Shown: in pieces, positions 10,759-19,898 of the stretch
How the letters are laid out: every line of letters starts with the position of its first letter
Position numbering within the stretch: position 1 is the first letter of the stretch
Assembly: GCA_963827655.1 (NCBI GenBank)
Contig: CAWHCF010000005.1
Span: 1-28,338, forward strand
From: an uncultured Acidobacteriota bacterium
Lineage (GTDB): Bacteria; Acidobacteriota; UBA6911
Length of the DNA: 28,338 nucleotides
Direction of reading: 5' to 3'
Program-made: the position numbers and the translations under genes
Notes under the pieces: generated by a model
The model's input: the letters and a program-made list of their open reading frames with translations, nothing else
What the model was told of the DNA's origin: nothing
Databases searched by the model: none

Positions 10759-12036
10759 ATGGCAAAGAAGAAGACAAAGATGTCTCAACTCAAGCAGCTC
10801 ACGGCTAACAAGAGCTTCGTCCCACAAACGTCAAGCTTGAAGCGAGGAGACAAGGGAGATGACGTCAAGCGTTTGCAGGAATACCTGACTAAATTCGGCT
10901 ATACGGAATCTCCTCTTACCGAGGCCTTTGGATCGGAGAAAGCCAGGGTATCAGCGCCGCCAGAACTGGACGGGAACTTCGACGAGAACACCCAGCAAGC
11001 CTTGAGCCGGTTTCAGAAATTCAATGGCCTGAAAGTAACAGGTAAAATGGACAAGGCTACGCTCGAGCTCATGTCGCGGCCCCGCTGCGGCTTTCCCGAT
11101 ACCGCCAGGTTCGTGGCTGAAGGTCGAAAGTGGAATAAAACGGCGCTGACCTTTTCCTACAGCAACTTCACACCGGAACTGACACAGGCGCAGGTACGGA
11201 CTGCACTCTCCCAGGCTTTCAGTTTGTGGGCAATCGTTACGCCCCTGACCTTCGCCGAGGTGAGTAGCAGCGCCGACATCGTGATCCGCTTTGTTGCAGG
11301 CAACCACGGAGATGGAAGCCCGTTTGACGGTGTGAGCGGCGTCCTGGCGCATGCCTTTTATCCGCCGCCCAACAATGGGGCCCTGGCCGGTGACCTCCAT
11401 TTCGATGAAGCCGAAACCTGGACCATAAACACCCCGCCCACCGGTATTGATCTGGTGACGGTTGCCGCTCATGAGATCGGGCATGCATTGGGTCTGGCTC
11501 ATTCCAATGTGACCGGCGCTCTGATGTTCGCGTTTTATGGTGGCGCCCATCGAAAACTGGAGACGGATGATGTCTCCGGCATTCAATCCATCTATGGTGT
11601 CGTCAACAGACAGTCCAATTGGAGGTGGTGTAACAAATGCCAAGGGATGTGGTTTGGCGGCAATCCCACGTCGGGGAAGTGTCCGGCCGGCGGGGCGCAT
11701 GTCAAGACCGGCAGTGGAAACTACAGCCCGGCGCACAATTCACCGGCTGCTCCCGGTCAAAATGACTGGCGGTGGTGCAATAAATGTCAAGGGATGTGGT
11801 TTGGCGGCAATCCCACGGCCGGGACGTGTCCCGCAGGTGGGTCGCACGTCAAGACAGGCAGCGGAAACTATACCCTGGCCCATAACTCACCGCCCGCTCC
11901 GGGACAAAGTAACTGGCGGTGGTGCAACAAGTGTCAGGGGCTGTGGTTTGCCGGCAATCCTACGACGGGGAAGTGCCCCGCAGGAGGGGGACACGTCAAT
12001 ACAGGTAGCGGCAACTATACCGTGTTGCAGGTGTGA
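10759..12036 (+). CDS. Matrixin (peptidase M10A) with N-terminal peptidoglycan-binding domain and three C-terminal Cys/His repeats
   Basis: AAGGAG RBS. PG-binding LKRGDKGDDVKRLQEYL...ALSRFQKFNGLKVTG, cysteine switch PRCGFPD, HGDGSPFDG...LAHAF, GDLHFDEAETW, HEIGHALGLAH and Met-turn ALMF. Confidence 0.93.
   Translation: MAKKKTKMSQLKQLTANKSFVPQTSSLKRGDKGDDVKRLQEYLTKFGYTESPLTEAFGSEKARVSAPPELDGNFDENTQQALSRFQKFNGLKVTGKMDKATLELMSRPRCGFPDTARFVAEGRKWNKTALTFSYSNFTPELTQAQVRTALSQAFSLWAIVTPLTFAEVSSSADIVIRFVAGNHGDGSPFDGVSGVLAHAFYPPPNNGALAGDLHFDEAETWTINTPPTGIDLVTVAAHEIGHALGLAHSNVTGALMFAFYGGAHRKLETDDVSGIQSIYGVVNRQSNWRWCNKCQGMWFGGNPTSGKCPAGGAHVKTGSGNYSPAHNSPAAPGQNDWRWCNKCQGMWFGGNPTAGTCPAGGSHVKTGSGNYTLAHNSPPAPGQSNWRWCNKCQGLWFAGNPTTGKCPAGGGHVNTGSGNYTVLQV
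11611..12033 (+). repeat. Three tandem 147-bp (49-aa) coding repeats QxxWRWCNKCQGxWFxGNPTxGxCPAGGxHVxTGSGNY
   Basis: Units start at 11611, 11758 and 11905 with an exact 147-bp period. Differences are mostly synonymous. Confidence 0.95.
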
Positions 12037-12051
12037 CCCTACGGCTGGCGT

Positions 12052-12110
12052 CTTCGTGTCTTCGTGGTTAGCGCGGAACAAATACCACCAAGACACGAAG
12101 CAACGCCAAG
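12052..12110. repeat. Short intergenic inverted repeat of the CTTCGTGTCTTCGTGG type (hairpin)
   Basis: CTTCGTGTCTTCGTGGT (12052-12068) pairs with ACCACCAAGACACGAAG (12084-12100). A related copy lies at 14904-14944. Confidence 0.7.
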
Positions 12111-12153
12111 GCTTGACGGCGAATTATTCCTTTTGGTAAACGGGATATAGAAA

Positions 12154-14249
12154 ATGGGATATCACCACCTGCGGACCCGAGTGAGACACAACCCAGCGCC
12201 GAAGAGGTCGAGCAAGAAACCTGCTGGCCTCGAAAAGCCCGGAACACACCTATCCCAAAGCCCGCCTCGTTTTTCCGGAAGAGAGGCGACTTCGCTCGGT
12301 GCGTATTTCGTTGACCCCGGAAAGCATCTTGTACTTGCGGCACACCATAGGCAACCGGGCCGTGAATCGGCTTGTTCAGGCCAGGCTCAAGATCAGTCAA
12401 CCGGGAGACCAGTACGAGCGCGAGGCAGATCGCGTAGCCGATCACGTGCTGCGCTCACCGGAACAGGAGACGAGCGGCCTCGAGCGAATAACCGGCGATC
12501 GGATCCAGCGCGTCACCCCAGAACAGAGAGATGAATTACAACGCCAGATCAGGCCGGAGGGACAGCGTCAAGGCACTGAGGAAGAAGAGCAAATCATTCA
12601 CGCGAAAGAACAGCCGGGCGCAGCGCCGGCGGTTTCTTCCGCAATCGATTCACAAATCGAGGTCCTGCCGGATCGTGGCAAACCGTTGCCGGAGGACGTG
12701 CGCGCGTACTTCGAGCCGCGGTTTGGGCAGGATTTCAGCGAAGTGCGAGTGCACGAAGGCGCGCAGGCGGCGGAATCGGCTCAAGCGATCAATGCGAGAG
12801 CTTATACGACGGGGGAAGATATTGTTTTCGGTTCCGGCGAATACGCGCCGGGAACGACGGAAGGCAAGAGGTTGCTCGCCCATGAGTTGACGCATGTGGT
12901 GCAGCAAGGAAAAGCCAGGCGGAATAAACTCGCCAATAATTTGCCCAACACAATCCACCAAACCAATACGCGCCAGGTCTCACGCCAAGGGTTCCTCACT
13001 CCGGCCCAGGAAACCGCAGCGATTGATTTCAACAACGCGCGCTACGATGAGCGTTCAATCAGAATCTTTCAGATTATTACCGGAGCAGCGGTCGACGGGC
13101 AGTTTGGGCGGTTGTCGGCCGAAGCCGTCGCTGGTTTTCAGAACGCAAATGGCCTGGGTATCGATGGGCAAGTGGGAGAGAATACTCTAAACGCGATGGT
13201 GCCGAATCGTGCTGCGGCAGGTCTGCACGAGCACGCCATTCAACTGGTTGTCGATTTTTACAACCTGAATATCACCAGAGACACACTCACGGTCCACTTC
13301 GATCCGGCTCTGGCCGTGGCCGGCGCCACTACTTTGCAACCGGGCAACCTGAGGGTAATCCGTATCGGTCCGCCATGCATTTGCCTCGGCTCCGGTTCTG
13401 CGAAATGCTATCAATGCGCAACTGGCATCGCCTGCTCCCGCGCCCGCGGCGGTAGGTCCGCGTCCCGCCCATTTGACGAATGCCAGGGAGTTAGAGGCCG
13501 TTCAATTCAACCAGGGACGATTCGGCGATCGGCGCTCTGTGCTGGCCATTCAAGCGTTAGTAGGAGCGAGGCCCGATGGTGTTTTTGGCAGCGATACGGT
13601 GGAACGCATCGCTGAATTCCAGAATGTCAACGTCCTGGCCATCGATGGCAAAGCAGGAGATGTCGAGACTCTACCGGCAATGGTGACCCAGCTCATTGCC
13701 GCGAACAACCAGGATTCGGCGATCCGCATGATCGTGGATTTCTATAATTTCCGGGATGACGGTAACTTGCTCGACGTGTTTTTTGATCCCGCGGTTGGGA
13801 CTAACGCCGATACGGATTTTCGACCCGACGAGCCCGTTCGTGTGCGGCTTGGCCCAAGCGGATTGGCCCAACCTTTTCCCGGCATTGTTCACACGATTGC
13901 CCACGAATATGAGCACGTCAGACGTCTCAAGGAAGGAATAGTCGGCAGAAATACGCATGAATTTCTTGGTGAGGCCATTGAAATTCTGAGTGAAGGAATG
14001 CGTGAAGAGGCTCTGGAAACATTGGCGCCGGCGGCCCCCGGTTTTGTCGCGGGGTTTGCTAATGATGCTAACCGGGCGTTAGTTAACTGGAACGCCATGT
14101 CATTGGCCGACCGGCGAACCTTCAGGAATCGGTTTATCGCGGTTCGCCAGAGGGTTCGTGACCGCATAGCTGCAGGGACGCCGGCACAACAGGCGCTGCA
14201 TGCGGCTTTGCTCGCCGGCTATAACGCCGTTGTTTTACCGCCGCCGTAA
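12154..14249 (+). CDS. DUF4157 (eCIS core domain) effector with two PG-binding modules and a C-terminal HEXXH metallopeptidase; frameshifts near 12240 and 13375
   Basis: IGNRAV, QARLKISQPGDQYEREADRVAD, YFEPRFGQDFSEVRVH, ARAYTTGEDIVF and LLAHELTHVVQQ define DUF4157. DGQFG...AVAGFQ...GLGIDGQVG and DGVFG...IAEFQ...LAIDGKAG are PG-binding motifs. C-terminal HTIAHEYEH...HEFLG. Shifting frame at about 13375 links the two ORFs with no stop (AFASAPVLRNAINAQL...HLTNARE). Confidence 0.85.
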
Positions 14250-14271
14250 AAGAACGCCAGAATAACTTCAC

Positions 14272-14856
14272 ATGAGACCGAAGTCCGGGCCGCTTCTCGT
14301 TGCTTCGCTGGGTATTCTGGCTCTGATTAGCATCTATTTTGGCCGACGATCGAATACATCAGAAACATCAATCGTATCTAATCAGCCGAACTCGATGCCT
14401 GAGAAAGTAGAGAGTGCCATGAAGGTACTTCAGATTGACGTAAAGGTTCTTACCCAGCCGGTACGCCTGTCGGGTCCATGCATGATTGAAGTCCGGATCA
14501 CGAACAAGAGTCATCAATCTGTGGTTTTGAATAAACGCCTGTCGGTAGGCTACAAGAACAGTCTATCCAGAGAATTGTTTATTGAAGTATTCGAGGAAGG
14601 TTCAAACGAAGTCGTCAGCCGAGAAGGGCTTCTATATGAACGCGCCTTTTCTTCTCCAGACGACTACGTCAGGGTCGAGCCCGAGCAATCTATTGGAACA
14701 TCGTTCAATCTCTTCGAGTGGTACACATTGCGATCTCCAGGACAATACGAGCTCGTGGTGTATTACCAGGCCGACGAAAATCTTGCGCCCAAACCCGCCG
14801 ATTTGTTCGAAGGTATTTTTTCTTCTGAGCGAATCCCTTTCACAGTCATACCCTGA
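14272..14856 (+). CDS. Hypothetical protein resembling a stand-alone M35 metalloprotease prodomain; candidate immunity/inhibitor
   Basis: Starts 22 bp after the effector stop and has an N-terminal hydrophobic segment. VRITNKSHQSVVLNK...FIEV...GLLYERAFSSPDDYVRVEPEQS...FNLFEWYTLRSPGQYELVVYY resembles, from memory, M35 pro-regions. Confidence 0.6.
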   Translation: MRPKSGPLLVASLGILALISIYFGRRSNTSETSIVSNQPNSMPEKVESAMKVLQIDVKVLTQPVRLSGPCMIEVRITNKSHQSVVLNKRLSVGYKNSLSRELFIEVFEEGSNEVVSREGLLYERAFSSPDDYVRVEPEQSIGTSFNLFEWYTLRSPGQYELVVYYQADENLAPKPADLFEGIFSSERIPFTVIP

Positions 14857-14903
14857 CCAGGGGACCGCTGCCCCGCTTTGTGTCGCTGGTCTCAAATTAA
14901 ATT

Positions 14904-14944
14904 CTTGGTGTTTCTTCGTGTCTTTGTGTCTTTGTGGTATTTGT
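14904..14944. repeat. Second copy of the CTT(C/T)GTGT-unit repeat
   Basis: CTTGGTGTTTCTTCGTGTCTTTGTGTCTTTGTGGTATTTGT closely matches the reverse complement of 12078-12110 with one extra 8-bp unit. Confidence 0.7.
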
Positions 14945-14968
14945 CTCCAGCAACAGGAGGACAAGCCG

Positions 14969-15958
14969 ATGATTTCTACCGGTCTCACCAGGATGCTGGG
15001 CATCCGTCACCCCGTGGTCCAGGCCGGCATGGGGGGCGTGGCGCGCGCCGACCTGGTGGCGGCGGTCTCAAACGCGGGGGCCCTGGGGATGTTGGGGATG
15101 GTCCGAATGGCGCCCGATTTCATCCGTGAGCAGATTCGCAACACCCGGGCGTTGACGGATCGCCCCTTCGGCGTCAACCTCGTTCCGCCTGTCGCGCCTG
15201 CATCCGGGTTCGAGACTCAACTCGAGGTCTGCCTCGAGGAAAGGGTGCCCGTGCTCTCGCTCTTCTGGTGTGACCCGGCGCCGTTTATGGAGCGTTGCCG
15301 GGCGGCCGGCGTGGTCGTAATGCTCCAGATCGGCAGCGTCGAGGAGGCGCGGCGCGCTGCCGCAAACGGCGTCGACATCATCGTGGCGCAGGGAGTGGAG
15401 GCGGGCGGACATGTTCGCGGCCAGATGGGCCTGCTCTCGCTCCTGCCCTCCGTCGTCGAGGGCGTGTCACCCGTGCCGGTGATAGCGGCCGGCGGTATCG
15501 TCGACGGCAGAGGGCTGGCCGCAGTCCTGACCCTGGGGGCCGAAGGCGTGTGGGTTGGCACTCGCTTCGTTGCCAGCGAGGAAGCCGAGGCTCATCCGGA
15601 GTATAAGAAGCGCTTGCTGGACGCCTCCGAGGCCGATACGGTCTACACGGAAATCTTCCATGTCGGCTGGCCTCCACGATCTCCCCACCGCGTGCTCAGG
15701 AATTCACTCACCGAGGGAGGCTCCCCGCCGCCCGGACCTGTCGCCCGCATGCGCTTCGGGAGCCAGACCGTGGAGGTGCCGCCATTCGGGAGCGCGCCTC
15801 CGACCGTGCACACGGAAGGCCGCACGGAGCTCATGGCCAATTATGCGGGCCAGGGGGTTGGTCTGATCCACAATGTCCTGCCCGCTGCGGAGATCGTGGA
15901 GCAGATGGTCTCCGAGGCCGAAGTCATCATGCGCCGCCTGCCGGCGATGCTGGGATGA
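14969..15958 (+). CDS. Nitronate monooxygenase / 2-nitropropane dioxygenase family flavoprotein
   Basis: AGGAGG RBS then ATG at 14969. HPVVQAGMGG, LVAAVSNAGALG, TDRPFGVNL, VAQGVEAGGH, PVIAAGGIVDGRG, GVWVGTRF and AGQGVGLI. Confidence 0.93.
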   Translation: MISTGLTRMLGIRHPVVQAGMGGVARADLVAAVSNAGALGMLGMVRMAPDFIREQIRNTRALTDRPFGVNLVPPVAPASGFETQLEVCLEERVPVLSLFWCDPAPFMERCRAAGVVVMLQIGSVEEARRAAANGVDIIVAQGVEAGGHVRGQMGLLSLLPSVVEGVSPVPVIAAGGIVDGRGLAAVLTLGAEGVWVGTRFVASEEAEAHPEYKKRLLDASEADTVYTEIFHVGWPPRSPHRVLRNSLTEGGSPPPGPVARMRFGSQTVEVPPFGSAPPTVHTEGRTELMANYAGQGVGLIHNVLPAAEIVEQMVSEAEVIMRRLPAMLG

Positions 15959-15992
15959 GGAGGTCGTGGAGGCGGCTGTCCCGGCATCAGGA

Positions 15993-18965
15993 TTAACGCG
16001 GGACCAGGTAAGTCCCGGCGATCCGGTCCTGAGGGCCACGCTCGGGAGTGATCGCGGACCAGAGCGCCCCGCAGATAAAAAGGGCGACGAGCGCGGAACT
16101 AACCCATAGGAGTTCAATTTCAGAGACGCCTTTACTGAGGTCGACGCCGATGCCCCTTACGTCAACGCCGGTGACAAGCCGCTACCAACCACGTGGGACG
16201 GTTGTCCGGAGATCCAGAAATACAGGACGATCGCATTTAGACAATACGGGTAGCCAGGCTATCAGCGTTCTGAAAGAAGCGCGCAGTCTCGACGCAGGCG
16301 ATCCATCCTTGTATACAACGGCGATACCCAGACCTCTAAGTAGCAGGCCGCCCCGAAAGAGAACTCCGGAAAGCAGCCCGAAAAGGCCTTCGGCCGCTGT
16401 GCTGATCGAGAAAGCCAATAAGAGAAAAAGCGCAGGGCCCCCGGCACCGTACTCCATGAAGAACCCCGACACCAGCCCCGACGCCAGAACGAAAAGAGTT
16501 GTGATGAGCGGCAGAAAACTCGAGCACGCCAGGTGGCCCAAACGTAGTCGGCGGGAGAGTGATGCTCTCCCGCCCAGGATGGACTCCACGCGCTGGAGTA
16601 GCTCACCTGAGGTGCGAAACTCTTGCTGCCTGAGTTCTTTCAGGAAGGAACTGGCGTGAACCGGCAGGGGACGAGAGAGATGCTTGGAAACATGCTCAGA
16701 GTTGCTCATTCCTCCGGTCAGCGCCCAGGTACTCAACCGGTAGAGGAACAGTTGCAACGAGGGAAAGTCCGTGACCGTCATCGGAGCTAGCTGGAGGGCG
16801 TTGTAGTTTTCGTCGAGGGGCGGTGCTGCGAAATCGAGCAGCTTCAGGCGACCATCGGTCGTTATCCAAAGCCTGTCAAGAGCGACGGTAACCGGAATCG
16901 ACTGGTTCTCGGAACTCGCGTTAAATTCCGTGATCAAATCCAGCAACCAGTATCGGACCGAACTCCAGGGCTGTTGCTCGCCTAGCAGCGCGGAAAGCGG
17001 TCTTCCTTCAGGCGCTTCATAGGCATCCCAGCATTCCTCTGCGCTCCGTCTCCCATTCAACCAGCGCAGTCGTCCCGGACGGTTCAGGTCACGTCTGGAG
17101 TCTGAAACGGGCGGAGTCGTAATCGATGGAACCTGGATCCAGGTTTTGCGCTGCAGCTTGGGGTCATAACCCAGGAACAACTCTTCGGAAGGAACTCTTC
17201 TCAAACTCCTGATAACCAGGTAAGGCCCGATCCGGTTCGGGTCGGTCGTGGCGGGCTCGGGGTAGCTGCTGGGCTCGATAACGGGCCGCACCGGCAGATT
17301 CAAATGACGAACCACACGCGTACCGCTCAGTAGTTCGTGAATTCCGGCAAGGCCATTCTCACGTCGCACGGTTGCGAATAAAACCAGGAAGCACAGCAGG
17401 CTAATGCAATCGTAAGGGCTTGGTTGGTACGTGGTAAAAAACGCCCATCCCTTGCCATTAGCAGCGGAGCCACTCCAGAGCCACATGGACGTACCGAGTC
17501 CAGCCCACGCCCCGAGTGCCGCAGAGGGAACCTGAAAGAATAGAGCAAAAATGAACGCCCGAAGGAATGCTCGGAGTGGTCCGGGTCTCTGTCCCGCCGG
17601 GCCAACCACTTTTAGTCCGCAGAGTGCTTTGCCGGCAGATCGGTCCCAGAGCCCTTCGAGAAGACCGAAATATGCAATGAGCCAGCCGATGCGAACCGTA
17701 TCCTCCCAGGGCTTGGTCAATGATAAGCCGAAGGCGAATAGCGGGAGTTTCACCAACACAAAAGCCGCAGTCAGGATGGAAAGGAAATCGAAGCTTCCTG
17801 CAACGAAGCGGATCTTTAGATCCGCCGGTATGGGAGAGGACGAACTGAAGGGTCTGAGTCTCTCCTTGAGCTCGGCATAGTTTGAAAATCGCTTTTCGGA
17901 GTTTTTTTCCAGGCAACGAAGGATTGCCCGCGACAGACCTTTTGGAATTTCGGGCCGCAGATTCCCTGGTGATTTGGGGTTCTCCTTAAGAATTCGGGCA
18001 ATCAGTTGAACCGTGCCTTCCGCTTCAAAAGGAGGCTTGCCTGTCAGCAGGTAATAAAGGGTAGCTCCCACAGCATAAATGTCTGAGCGAACATCGAGTT
18101 TTTTTCCCTCGAGTTGCTCGGGCGATGCGAAACTGGGTGTTCCCAGGAAAGAACCCGCGGCGGTCAACTGAGTTTCCTCGCGCGACAGAGTCGAGATGGA
18201 CAAACCAAAATCTCCAATCTTGACCGTTCCATCACTGTCCACAAAGCAATTGGCTGGTTTGATATCGCGATGTAGCAGTCCCTTTGCGGCGGCTGCCTGC
18301 AGACCATCTATCACCGCCAGAATCGCATCCACCGCTCTGGCGACACTCATAGGACCTTCCCTCTTCAAATGATCCTTGAGCGTTCCACCCGGAGCGAATT
18401 CCATCGAGATGACTGGCGTTCCGTCGATTTCCTCTGAGCCGTAGACGTAGACACAATTCGAGTGACTGACCTGAGCGGCCAGCCGTCCTTCCCTCAGAAA
18501 TCGTTGTTTGTCTGTGGCGGAGTCCAGGTGCTGATTTAATATCTTCAGTGCCACGCGCCGGCCACTCTCCAGATCTTCGGCCTCGTAAACTTCGCCCATA
18601 CCCCCTTTGCCGAGCAGACGCATGATCCGGTAGTGCCCGAACTCGCCAGGGCCGTGGCCCTGGACGAGTTGAAGTGTTCCTGTCTCTTGCGACTCTGAAG
18701 GTGGAGGAGTCTTGAGCTGGTCAACTTCCACTTCTGCCCCGGTGGCATCGTGACTGTGCGCCAGCAGGCGGATGGCCTGGTCTACGACCGGTGTGTTCAT
18801 GAAGCCTTCCGGCTTTTCTTTCTGGCCGAGCAGCGATTCGACTTCGCGGCGCAAGGATTCGTCGTTGCCGCAGGCCTCTTCGAGAAATGCTGCGCGCTCC
18901 CGCACGTTGAGTTCCAGAGCGGCGTGAAACAGTGTTTCTATTTGCTGCCAGCGTTCAGGCGTCAT
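15993..18965 (-). CDS. Ser/Thr protein kinase with RDD domain, degenerate second kinase domain and second RDD; disrupted near 16182-16240
   Basis: MTPERWQQIETLF N-terminal domain typical of ECF-linked kinases. LGKGGMGEVY, VALK, HRDIKPAN, DFG and GTPSFASPE. RDD motifs RFVAGSFD, SAGKALCGLKVV and GIHELLSGTRVV. Beyond the TAG at 16182 the same frame ends ERGPQDRIAGTYLVPR* at 15993. Confidence 0.88.
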
Positions 18966-19530
18966 GCGCATTGCTGAGCTCGCGGCGAAGCCAGGCCTGG
19001 GCCATGCTCCAGTCCCGCATCACGGTGGTGGGCGAGACCTTCAACACCTCAGCTATCTCGTCATTGGTCAGCCCGCCAAAGAAACGGAGTTCGACGACCT
19101 GGCTCTTGCGCGGGTCGATGGCAGCCAGTCTTGTTAAAGCCTCGTCCAGAGCGATAAAGTCCGGAGGCACTTCCGAACCAAGAACAGCTGCGTCTGTAAG
19201 GGAGAGCTGTGGCGCGCCGCCTCCCCGCTTGACTCTGTTGCGCGTGCGGGCATGGTCGACCAGGATACGACGCATCACCTGTGCGGCTATGGCGAAAAAA
19301 TGGGCGCGACTTTGCCACTGGACGTCTTGCACGTCGATCAGCCGCAGATATGCTTCATTGACCAGAGCCGTAGTTTGGAGCGTATGGCTGGAGCGCTCGA
19401 CGCGCATATAACGACGCGCGAGTCGGCGCAATTCTTCGTACACGAGAGGCATCAAGCTATTGAGCGCCTCCCGATCGCCCTGGCGCCAGCCGGCGAGGAG
19501 TTGACTGATTTCCCCTGGCGAAGGCTTCAT
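18955..19530 (-). CDS. ECF RNA polymerase sigma factor (TIGR02999/ECF43-like, kinase-associated)
   Basis: EISQLL..W..GD..AL..LMPLVYEELRRLA, HTLQTTALVNEAYLRL, RAHFFAIAA, KRGGG, VVELRFFGGL and TVMRDW. The stop overlaps the kinase start. Confidence 0.93.
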   Translation of the reverse strand: MKPSPGEISQLLAGWRQGDREALNSLMPLVYEELRRLARRYMRVERSSHTLQTTALVNEAYLRLIDVQDVQWQSRAHFFAIAAQVMRRILVDHARTRNRVKRGGGAPQLSLTDAAVLGSEVPPDFIALDEALTRLAAIDPRKSQVVELRFFGGLTNDEIAEVLKVSPTTVMRDWSMAQAWLRRELSNAHDA

Positions 19531-19787
19531 CACAACTTCTCGATCGGAGGGAGAGCTAATGGCGCCCATCATAGCAGAACCCCGAATCAACCAGAATTAT
19601 TGTTCGCGGTAGAAGCCCGGACAATCCAGGCCTTGGGACTGTAACGTATTTTTGGCAGTTGAGGCCTGAAAGGCCGACAGAGAGTAGGCCCGTCCGTAAG
19701 AAGCTGTGAAAAAATTCAGCGACCGGCTCTTGATTGACCGGCAGCTCTTTTAGTTTTGTGGCCTTTTGCAAAAGTCGCTGGGTTTAT

Positions 19788-19898
19788 GTGCGGACGGGCT
19801 ATCAAGCCCGTCCGGCCCCCTAGTGGCACAAAAAGAACTTCTTAAGGCTAAATGCTCCCGATCACGTTACTTGCGACGGGTCTGATGACCCGTCGCCA
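19788..19898. repeat. Inverted pair of REP-like hairpins
   Basis: CGGACGGGCT-ATCA-AGCCCGTCCG (19791-19814) and GCGACGGGTC-TGAT-GACCCGTCGC (19873-19896), each with a perfect 10-bp stem. Confidence 0.7.

Noticed and set aside
11611-12033. 147-bp repeats as DGR template/variable regions or a CRISPR array
   Set aside because: In-frame coding repeats with mainly synonymous, non-adenine-specific changes; no spacers, cas genes or intact RT.
12230-13380. Programmed frameshifting in the DUF4157 gene
   Set aside because: No convincing slippery heptamer with a stimulatory structure, and similar indels occur throughout the window.
14582-14968. 129-aa N-terminal extension of nitronate monooxygenase
   Set aside because: Overlaps the upstream gene and a repeat; a strong RBS and the family N-terminus point to ATG 14969.
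16182-16184. Pyrrolysine or amber recoding at the in-frame TAG
   Set aside because: Other genes here end normally in TAG (20754, 27869), no pyl genes are visible, and compensating indels explain it.
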